Source: Azolla caroliniana (taxonomy: Eukaryota; Plantae; Polypodiophyta). From it: a stretch of 9,212 nucleotides of DNA. The stretch is from contig JBHGNT010001380.1 of the NCBI GenBank assembly GCA_043228905.1, positions 1 to 9,212 on the forward strand, given 5' to 3'. Numbering within the stretch: the first letter of the stretch is position 1; each line of letters begins with the position of its first letter. Below, one piece after another: positions 1 through 8,085 of the stretch. Under the pieces are notes generated by a model. That model was given only the letters and a program-made list of their open reading frames with translations, ran no database searches and had not been told where the DNA came from. A program made the position numbers and the translations under genes.

Positions 1-14
1 AGTCGCTCGGCCTC
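1..14 (-). CDS. PPC4: Candidate start of next BTPC exon (runs off window)
   Basis: T-rich acceptor gttttag|GAG GCC GAG CGA; only 14 nt visible. Confidence 0.3.
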
Positions 15-151
15 CTAAAACTATACAATATCAGACACCTTATGCACAAGGCTTTAATATCCACAAGAAAAGTTGAGAACTAATTCAAGGGACCAAGGAT
101 TTATTCAGATATAACGGTGGATGACCTTGGATATCTAGTGAACTGATTTAC

Positions 152-180
152 TCTCCCTAAACATGTTGAGATATCACCAT
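152..180 (-). CDS. PPC4: Candidate short exon in the BTPC variable (disordered) insertion
   Basis: ctgcag|AT GGT GAT ATC TCA ACA TGT TTA GGG AGA|gtaaat is phase-compatible with exon 9 and with an acceptor at 15/16. PADGDISTC weakly resembles the BTPC PARADLP.C segment. Boundaries are uncertain. Confidence 0.3.
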
Positions 181-594
181 CTGCAGGTGTGCACGGGCAG
201 ATGTGGCAGTGCTGAAAGAATCTTAGGAATGGTCTACTAAGTAGCTATGTTTTCACCAACAAAGTGGGTACTTGGAAAATACAATATTTGAGCTATTTCT
301 AAACATATTTGAAGATTCTCCCATCTGCCCTATCATGCTGACCACTCTGTCACATATAAGAGTAACTAGAAATCCTCTCCATCCCTTTCCACTACAAAGT
401 CTGGTTCCAAATTTCTGTCTTCAATGGGTCGCACCTTATAAAATGTCTGAAAATTTATAGAATTTCAACTGCTTCTAGCTACACCAATATCATCGAAAAT
501 GCAGCTGGAAAATGTAAAGATTTATATGATTGCATGGGCTGGTTATAGAAGTGAGTTTGTTCGAATTATACACATTTACCAATTTATCATTAGC

Positions 595-1069
595 ATCTAC
601 CAGCCAATGTTTTAATTCTCATGGATAACTAAGTGATCCAAAGTCTTCCCTTACCAGTCCTGTTTATCAGCATGATTGAGTCAGCCCTCCAAACTTATCT
701 CTTTCTTACCCTTTTCTTTTAGAGCCATCAATTCCTTTTTATTGGAAAGACATGCAACAAACGCCATTGTGGAAAGTTTATCTTTTTCAAATCTATTTGT
801 AATATTTGCCCTAGTCATTGCAGACCTTCAGGGTGTCTTGTTGAGGTAATCTCCCAACCAATTTCTTATTCTCGTGTATTACTTTAAGTCATCCCACAAT
901 CTTCCCTTACCAATCATGTTTATCACCATAATGGATACAAGCTTCTCACATCATCCTTTAATCATCTATTAATTCCTTCTAATTTGAAAGACATGCAAGG
1001 AAGTCCATTGTATACCTTTTTCCAGAATGTTTGTAACATATTGCCCAAGCTTTTCATTGCATACATTCA
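595..1069. repeat. Diverged ~250-bp tandem duplication spanning the exon 9 3' end and intron 9 start
   Basis: 595-830 aligns by eye with 849-1069, e.g. CTTCCCTTACCA.TC.TGTTTATCA.CAT, AATTCCTT, GAAAGACATGCAA, CCATTGT, TTTGTAA, TTGCCC and TCATTGCA.AC.TTCA. Confidence 0.8.
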
Positions 1070-1157
1070 TAGAAAACTCAAAACGAAGGCTATCTATTTC
1101 ACGTATGTACAAGTCGAGTGTCATCCACCTTGCCAATAGGCACACATCCTTTGTCAC
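1016..1157 (-). CDS. PPC4: BTPC exon 9
   Basis: Acceptor ttcag|GTG; VTKDVCLLARWMTLDLYIREIDSLRFEFSMNVCNEKLGQYVTNILEK plus G; donor AAG|GTATAC, phase 1; 142 nt. Corresponds to ORF 969..1157. Confidence 0.93.
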
Positions 1158-1371
1158 CTGAAATGTTATAGAAATTAATTAGGTAGCATAATAATAATGC
1201 AAATATGTTATACTGTGAAGACAAATTTTGAAAGTTCCCAACAGGAACAGTCAAGTTATTAAGACAAATAGATGTGCTAGGAATGTAGATTAACTCTAAA
1301 ACAACTTTGTAAGTGACGCAATAGAGACTTGCTACATTTATTTCCAGTATAGCTACCCATAACCTCTATTA

Positions 1372-1401
1372 TGTGTGTGTGTGTGTGTGTATGTGTGTGT
1401 G
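1372..1401. repeat. (TG)n microsatellite with one TA interruption
   Basis: Directly visible; it produces the THTHTH stretch of the spurious ORF 1277..1474. Confidence 0.95.
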
Positions 1402-1489
1402 CATTATAATGCAGCACTAACCAATAGATGTGATAGGAATGTAGATTTAACTCTAAAACAACTTTGCAAGTCAAGCAATGGAAACTTAC

Positions 1490-2374
1490 TGTTGGGGTAA
1501 ATGCCCTAAATGACCCCCTTATAGTGCGTACATGTGTATAGGCCTATTTATAAAGGCTGAAAGTCACTCATCACCTTTTCGTTATTTTTGGGCCAAGTTC
1601 GCTGTGAACTTGGCCAACCCTAAATGGGTCATATAAAACATACGTTAAAAACTTTTGGATCGCACTTCAAAGGTGAGCTCCTCCAACTACTGCTCTCTCT
1701 GTAAATGGGTCACTAGATTCCTCTGTAAATGAGGCCTTTTTGCAACGCCAATGTATCATGACATGGGACAAATGTGGTGGCTCACGCTTCACACATTATA
1801 CTACAAATGTTGCACCTAACTACAAAACCATATTCTTCGCGGAACGGGGAAACCGTACACATCGATACATGTTAGAGCCCATCCCGATATCTACCATTCA
1901 AACCATTGCTTCCATACGACTTAGCTCGCACGCATTGAGATGTGAGACGGGGCATTGGGGCACAAGTGATTAGAGTGGCCGACTATGCACACTTTGCCCT
2001 AAACAAGTTCGAGAGTCTGAGTATCACACTTTGATACAATGCTCTGCCTTTGATCATATTCGACCATGCTTTCCACGTCTCTTCGATCGAGCCCAATCCT
2101 TGCACGAATTTCTCTCACAACCGCGATGTGCACTCTCGATTGCAACATTCATTGGTAAAGTTCTTGAACATCGAGAGTCGCTACTCACCTTCACACGTAT
2201 CACGTGAAATGTAATATTTTTGGTCTCATAGGTCATATTTGACCTCCAAAGACGATAATATAATCTATCTTTCTATCTTTTCGACCATAGCTCCACTGAT
2301 GCATCTAAAGAGCCTATACTAGGGTGAATCCCGAGTATTCCTCAGCCCTATTGACATCATTCCTAACCCTTACA
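1490..2374. mobile_element. Solo LTR (retrotransposon) in intron 8, carrying a nested LINE fragment
   Basis: Begins TGTTGGGG (1490) and ends CCCTTACA (2374). Flanked by a perfect 5-bp TSD CTTAC (1485-1489, 2375-2379). Removing it restores sequence matching the uninterrupted sister copy at about 1325-1345. Confidence 0.82.
1721..2281 (+). mobile_element. 5'-truncated non-LTR retrotransposon 3' end (RTEX/L2-like ORF2 C-terminus), defective
   Basis: Frame 1740-2207 reads ...RLSSHALRCETGHWGTSD*SGRLCTLCPKQVRESEYHTLIQC... with a C-x2-C-x9-H-x4-C zinc knuckle and one in-frame TAG (1971-1973). It ends at TGA 2205-2207, followed by a short 3' UTR and a CTAT-type tail (~2264-2278). The 5' boundary is approximate and the clade is inferred. 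Confidence 0.82.
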
Positions 2375-2720
2375 CTTACTACATTTATTTCCAGTATAGC
2401 TCCCCATAACCTCATTGATATCAATATTCTACTCTATTAAGTATATGTATATTATATATAGATAAATATTATAATGCAGCACTAACCAATATGCATATTA
2501 CGATGGTGATTAAAACAGGTTGTAAGTTGAAGGTCAGGTTTTAAGTACTGCAGCTGGGAGAAAATAAGGGCTTCATGTAGTGTAGTGAAAAAATGAAAAT
2601 AAATTTACAACATAAGTGAGCTGGACACATTAAGCAATCATCTATGAAGTTTGTAAGTAATGTGGGAATAAAGATTCTTATGCTCTAAACATTCTGATGC
2701 AAATTGAGAGAACATTGTAC

Positions 2721-2816
2721 CTTGGCAGTAACGTTAGCATTTCCATCTCTGTCTCCACCCATCCAGGATCCAAACTTGATTGGAGTACAAGTTAGTGGAA
2801 GTGGTTTGCCAGTATA
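2721..2816 (-). CDS. PPC4: BTPC exon 8 ([11 protein letters not shown] motif)
   Basis: Acceptor acag|TAT; [32 protein letters not shown]; donor AAG|GTACAA; 96 nt. Confidence 0.96.
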
Positions 2817-3440
2817 CTGTTTAAAGGAAAGTAGATGGCAGTTTCTTAGCTAGTGTATTAGGATCCTCGACATATTATTGCTTACTCTTCCTGCACATAA
2901 AGTTTTGGGGGACTTCCTGAGTTGGTCTTCTAGCTTAGAACAATTTACAATCAAGTGAAGTATTTCCTTCCGCATATGCCTATAGGTACATAAGTAAGTT
3001 ACCTAGATGTTATTTAGCTGATCTCTTACCTTACATTCAACAAGTTGCATTATCAGTTATTTATGTCCCAATTACATACATAATATAGCATGTTAAAAAT
3101 GCTTACGTGAGTAAAAGCCCAAAGAATTTACATGACAGCCCCAGAAATATGTCTCACATGCAGAATATAACTCCTATGTAATTATATAATCTAATTAAGA
3201 TGACCTTTTCCATCCGAAAAACAAAATTTGGGTTTCTAGTCCGATATAATGTTACTGAATTTCTTAATTTTAAAATGATTCCCATCAAACATCTCAACAG
3301 TATCAATGAAACGACGCATTTGATATTGTCAATGTGCAACATTATGCATTCAAAAAACACAAAAGTGAACCAGGAAAATGTGCATAATGTTTTTAAAAAT
3401 CTATTAAATGAGAATATGAACAGGTTTTAAGAAAACATGC

Positions 3441-3517
3441 TTTTTTCAGGGCATTGCTGACTCGGCGAAGATATTGTGGCACAGCTTTCCACAATGATTG
3501 TTCTACTATGTGTAAAC
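3441..3517 (-). CDS. PPC4: BTPC exon 7 (GC donor)
   Basis: Acceptor ccag|GT; (G)LHIVEQSLWKAVPQYLRRVSNALKK; a phase-0 end requires donor AAA|GCATGT; 77 nt. Confidence 0.88.
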
Positions 3518-3606
3518 CTGGAGTGCAAAGGAACATGCTTGTTTATCCTCTGAAAGATGCCCATATTTCAGCTAAAGAAGGGACTATAAATCTTATATAT
3601 TCGTGC

Positions 3607-3685
3607 CTCCTCGAGCCTCATCTAAAGGAGTGGGTTGAATTCGTCTTATTTCATCAGTATGCCATAGTGAAACTATTTCTCTTAC
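3607..3685 (-). CDS. PPC4: BTPC exon 6 (GC donor)
   Basis: Acceptor tgcag|GTA; VREIVSLWHTDEIRRIQPTPLDEARG plus G. A phase-1 end requires donor AG|GCACGA, and read-through reaches TAA within four codons; 79 nt. Confidence 0.9.
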
Positions 3686-3778
3686 CTGCATTGAGGGTGT
3701 TGCAAATATTATATTGATCTAGTCATTTGAAACAACCATAATTTCAATGTATGGAATAACATAGATATCTCATAATAC

Positions 3779-3847
3779 CAGATCTTCAATCAAAAGTTCT
3801 CGATCTTCATGAGTCAAATCTGCCCGATCTTTGTACTCCAAGAGATG
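3779..3847 (-). CDS. PPC4: BTPC exon 5
   Basis: Acceptor atcag|CAT; HLLEYKDRADLTHEDRELLIEDL; donor CTG|GTATTA; 69 nt. Confidence 0.94.
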
Positions 3848-3935
3848 CTGATCATAGGTACAGAACGCAATCAACTTAAGATTGTGGCATATTCCTTTGA
3901 ACAAACTGTACATGTACTTGAGACAAAAGAAATAC

Positions 3936-4013
3936 CGCGATGCGCAAGTGCTTATATTGTAATGTTCGTCTATTTATCTGAGTGGGATGAGCAGTAAGTA
4001 CAATTTCAACCTC
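3936..4013 (-). CDS. PPC4: BTPC exon 4 (catalytic His motif VLTAHPT)
   Basis: Acceptor ttcag|GAG; EVEIVLTAHPTQINRRTLQYKHLRIA contains the PEPC active-site His signature; donor GCG|GTATTT; 78 nt. Confidence 0.96.
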
Positions 4014-4099
4014 CTGAAGGAGCACATAGAATCAGTTATCGAATGTCACTTGTTATACCTCAACTTTAATGAACAAGATAAGACGAGAAAAAACTTAAC

Positions 4100-4214
4100 T
4101 TGATTGCATACAGCCTTGAATACATCCTCAGGAGAAACCCCACTTTGAATGAGTTTCCCAAATACATCATCACAAGATTTTGACACATGGGCATTGGATC
4201 TAGTTCGCCGAGCA
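4100..4214 (-). CDS. PPC4: BTPC exon 3
   Basis: Acceptor ttag|T; (S)ARRTRSNAHVSKSCDDVFGKLIQSGVSPEDVFKAVCNQ; donor CAA|GTTAAG; 115 nt, phases match both neighbours. Confidence 0.92.
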
Positions 4215-4305
4215 CTAAGTAACAATTAATTTCGGATCACAGTCTCAGCTATATTAGTTCATCAGAAAGCACAAATTAGAGAAAGAAAATCTTATGCTGT
4301 CTAAC

Positions 4306-4469
4306 CTATGATGAGTCTCAGCTATTCCTGTCAAATTGAGGTAATGGCTGAAGGCCCTGGCCAGCGGCACTGCCTCTTCCAGTGTCATGTTGGAAATCTC
4401 TTGTTCAAGTTGCTTGGTAAGCCATTCAGCTGCATTCTCCACCCCAGCCATGCGCATGTTGCATGCACT
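4306..4469 (-). CDS. PPC4: BTPC exon 2
   Basis: Acceptor ttag|AGT; SACNMRMAGVENAAEWLTKQLEQEISNMTLEEAVPLARAFSHYLNLTGIAETHH; donor AG|GTTAGA, phase 2, 164 nt. Confidence 0.94.
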
Positions 4470-4876
4470 CTAATATACATTTAACGAGGATGAATATACT
4501 AACAGTAAAACAATATGGCTGTAGAATTGAAGCAATCGGAGAAACCATTGTCGCATGAAAACGATTGAGTCTACAGGATTAAGTACAACATCTATCATTG
4601 TAAAAAGGCCTGATACTAGAGGAAGAACAGATACTGATAATTGCAACAAGAAAATAAAGATAAAAATTATTGTGGGAACACGATCATGACGCATTGGATG
4701 AACATACAAAACAAGACACATTTACAAGAAGCCATTGATCCACAGTAATACAGAAGATGAATCCAATCAAATGTGGCAGGCAAGTCATGCCAAAAAAAAT
4801 TATAATTCACCATGATCGAGAGGGAGGGAGAGAGATGGGATGAAACAAGAGAGCTATGAGTTATGGCTGTGAACAC

Positions 4877-5032
4877 CTGTGCCAAGAGTCGAGCTCTCTC
4901 CACTTTCTCCATGAAATCATTTCCGACCTCGTGTTGGAGGCAGTCGTTGAGAAGATTTCCAAGGAGCTGGCAATCGTCTTCAAAAGCCTGGAAGGATATG
5001 TCTTCAGCGATGTCATCGGTGGTATCGGTCAT
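4877..5032 (-). CDS. PPC4: Bacterial-type PEP carboxylase (BTPC), exon 1
   Basis: ATG at 5032 gives MTDTTDDIAEDISFQAFEDDCQLLGNLLNDCLQHEVGNDFMEKVERARLLAQ, the characteristic plant BTPC N-terminus. It lacks the SIDAQ phosphosite of plant-type PEPC. Donor CAG|GTGTTC, phase 0, 156 nt. Confidence 0.96.
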
Positions 5033-5115
5033 GGTAAAAGATAAACAGGAAACGTGGAGAAGGAGAAAGAAGAGAGACGGAGACAAAGACAGAGAAACTT
5101 GAGCGTGGAGGTCTT

Positions 5116-5151
5116 CTACTTCTTCATCATCATCGCCATCGCCATCGCCAT
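5116..5151 (-). promoter_or_regulatory. Candidate upstream ORF MAMAMAMMMKK* in the putative 5' leader
   Basis: ATG GCG ATG GCG ATG GCG ATG ATG ATG AAG AAG TAG, ending 83 nt before the main ATG and followed by a CT-rich leader. The TSS is unknown. Confidence 0.4.
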
Positions 5152-5213
5152 CTGCTTCTAACTACGACTTGCTAAGTTGAATAGAGATGGCAGGACTGAG
5201 ACACGAGGGTTTT

Positions 5214-5372
5214 GCATTCATTTCCTGTCATTTCATTTCATTTCATTTCGTCTCTTTTCTTTTCATTTCATCTCTGTCATTTCATTTCATTCCATCTCTG
5301 TTCTTTTCATTTCATTTCATCTCTGTCATTTCATTTCATTTCATCTCTGTTCTTTTCATTTCTTTTCATTTC
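5214..5372. repeat. (TTTCA)n pentanucleotide repeat with ~49-bp higher-order unit
   Basis: CATTT arrays punctuated by CTCTGT and TCTTTT; the unit starting at 5278 recurs at 5327 with one mismatch. Confidence 0.92.
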
Positions 5373-8085
5373 TTGTTTAATCCCTCCTCCCTCTCTTTCC
5401 TTTTCTTTTTTCTCTTTCATGGTGAAATACAAGCAGGAAAATATATGGCTTTACTTACTTACTTACCATCACACTTTCATGAATTTTTTCCCCTTTTATC
5501 AAAGGGAAAACCATTCACTACTACAACATGTGAGAACAAATAAATAAAAAAGGGAAGTAAGTGTGGGTTTGTATTGTCTTTCGATGCTAAATATATAAAA
5601 ATAAATAAAAACCAATTCCTCCGTGAGATAGAACATTATCTTAGGGAGACATTGCAACGAGAATTCCCTTTTCTTGTTCTTTTGAATACTTGTTCCGTTA
5701 CCAAAAATAACACCCATGAGAGGAGAATGTGTTGTACCCTCGCATAAAAGCATGATTTACTACATATTCTCACTACTAGGCAATGGTGGTTGTGCGTATG
5801 GATTTAATGGCCCACAACACTTCATTGCGAAAAATCGAGTATGTAGATCTCTTGTTCCGCCCATGACTTTTCTAAATCAATCAAAATTACTCTCAATGTG
5901 TTTTTTTAGAGCTATTTTTGGAACGTGATGCATACATTTAGACATATGAAGGCTTTTATGATCTATGGGAGCAAAATAGAAGAAAAAATATAGTGGGTTT
6001 TTGGTTTATCATTAACTCTCGATGCTCAAGACTTTTATTGATCGAAATGTTGCATTGCCAATGAAAATGGTAGTCTATATGTACTTTAATTGATCGAAGA
6101 AGATGAGGTGTAGTTGAGTGCATCTATTTGATGCTAATGTACAATCTCAAAGCAACAAATGTGTCCTATAGACCACTAGGACATGAATAGATCATTAGAA
6201 ATCATTTGTATTTCTTCATGTAACCTAAGTTCCGCTAGCCACAACACTCTAGGATTTGTAATTTGTTCATGTCCGTTTAACGATATGCCAAATTTTTCTA
6301 ATCCTCGAGGAAGAATACAACAACATCAACCAAAAAGTGTTTGTGTAATATTTATTTGGCGATAAACATGGTGTAGTTTGTTTAATGATCTGCATAGAAA
6401 CTTAGAACATAGTTTTTCAAATATATCCATATTAGTTGAATAACTCGTTGTTGGATGGCTAGTTATTATTAGTATAATGATCGTAAGCAAATCTAGTATG
6501 TTAGAAGAGAGAACAATATTTGCATGTGTTACAATGTTTAGTTTATTTTGAAAACAAATATTGGTTGCAGTGGTAACCTATTAATGTTTGGTTAGCTTTG
6601 TTGGATACGTGGATTTATAGAATGCGCCACCCTTTCTTTATGCATGATTTGGGTATGGCTGAAATATTTGATAATCAATGTCAATTGCATTGTCTGTAAA
6701 TTAGATTTATAAATTTGTGTTATATATCTACATATATGTATATATATAGTTTAACATCGAAGAATCTATTGATAAGACTCGTGTTTTTAAGTGCAAGGGT
6801 TAAATATACATGCATATTTTGTAATTTGTGACCACAGAAAGAACACAACTCGTGTACTTGGGTGATATCATCACCAATGAGTGTCGTTGAGGTGGTTAAT
6901 CAATCATAAATGAACAACACTTTAAGATTTAGATAACACCACCATATGTGGTTGATTAAAGCACATTGTTATTACATAAGCACTATTTAGTTTTCTTCTA
7001 CGAAATATCATTGTATAATCTTTTGAATCTTTGATATTGATCCTCATGTATAGGCAATCCTTGTTAAGGCGTTAAGGCCTTGATACATAAACCTTCGTGT
7101 CTCGTTTATGGCATCATCAGTCATTGTAAACTCTTAATTGAGCTTTAGCAAGGATTTGTGTTTAGTTATCTATAGCCAACTTTGGCTACACTCACTAAGC
7201 AAAACATTCGTTTGTAAGATTCCCATCACAAACGATTTGTCGCTATTTTTGTGGTTGTACAAAGATGTGCCATAAAGTCATGGTGGTTCTACCTCAACAC
7301 ACACGTACTCACAACATTAGCACCATAATGGCTTGACTAGAGCTTCAAACTCTCGTTGTCAGACAAATGCAAAACCTTGATAGCTTTCATACCATGTCCA
7401 CTACTACATACACAATCAACAACACAATTACATGGTGTCTATCAATAAAGAAGTGGACTACAATATAAGGGCAAGAAATTGGAGCATTGTCAAGGTATTT
7501 GTTGGCACTTGCTCATAATAACAACTATTGTCATGTTTTGTTGCAACATCACATATTTCTATGATTTCAAAAGTTATTTTATGCTAATGAATCCCTTAAC
7601 CATTTTGCTACTTTCTTTCGACCTTTGTAGACATAATTTGAAATAAAGCACGACGTATAGATACACTAATCAATCCTTCCAACCCTAACATTGTGTATTT
7701 TGTTCATGTCCATGTTTTTGTTTCCTACGAGAACCCAACTTAATATATAATAAATCAATGTTTTACAAGTTGCTACCACACCATCACACACACCATCATG
7801 GCTTGCAAACCTTAAGTAAATAAATTAGAGCCAGAACAAGTGGCATTCGATTTACCTTCTCTTATGAGAATGTGGGGGCATTAGGCTTTGTGAACTTCAA
7901 CTTTGTGCGAACAAAATTCTCTTCCCCAAACTTCTTTCCACATCACATAAGTATTTGACTCAAGTATGGAGATTCAAGCATTAAAAACATAAATTTGGTT
8001 TCCCTTGTCTAGTAAGGATGTGGACATGTGAAGCTTCAAGCACTTCAGTCTTACGTGAACAAAAATATTTTCCTCAGATTTTTGA

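Larger units (their letters stand above)
1267..2491. repeat. ~156-bp tandem duplication in intron 8; second copy split by the LTR
   Basis: Copy 1 is ~1267-1422 and copy 2 is 1423-1489 plus 2380-2491. Shared blocks: AATAGATGTG..AGGAATGTAGATT..AACTCTAAAACAACTTTG, TACATTTATTTCCAGTATAGCT.CCCATAACCTC and ATTATAATGCAGCACTAACCAATA. Confidence 0.9.

Noticed and set aside
272-460. Plus-strand 62-aa ORF, and likewise 2054..2236, 8548..8772 and 8719..9051
   Set aside because: Alternative-frame or antisense overlaps of the gene or LINE fragments with no protein signature.
1267-1490. Repeats as a CRISPR-like array
   Set aside because: Only two long diverged copies, no repeat-spacer periodicity, no cas genes, and a eukaryotic intron context.
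1971-1973. Programmed stop read-through in the LINE ORF
   Set aside because: The element is 5'-truncated and lacks RT; a point mutation to TAG is the simpler explanation.
1-5032. Recent bacterial gene, horizontal transfer or contamination
   Set aside because: Spliceosomal introns and the plant BTPC N-terminus show this is the established plant bacterial-type PEPC lineage.
5033-5086. TTG-initiated hydrophobic N-terminal extension (ORF 4667..5086) as a targeting peptide
   Set aside because: This is a eukaryotic locus and BTPCs start at MTDTTDD. The F/L/S-rich extension is what a CT-rich leader translates to. The ORF portion below 4877 is intron 1 read-through.
3154-5102. ORFs 3154..3360, 3200..3430, 3454..3717, 3809..3997, 4470..4721, 4856..5044 and 4863..5102
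   Set aside because: They are antisense shadows of exons or intronic chance ORFs with no recognisable motifs.
5177-5547. Three overlapping plus-strand ORFs rich in F/H/I/S
   Set aside because: Artefacts of the stop-free (TTTCA)n repeat.
5499-7800. Short ORFs (5499..5753, 5716..5928, 6183..6365), a TA palindrome at ~6721-6748 and an imperfect inverted repeat at ~6896-6959
   Set aside because: No motifs, exon chain, TIR/TSD pair or long hairpin; these are expected by chance in AT-rich DNA.
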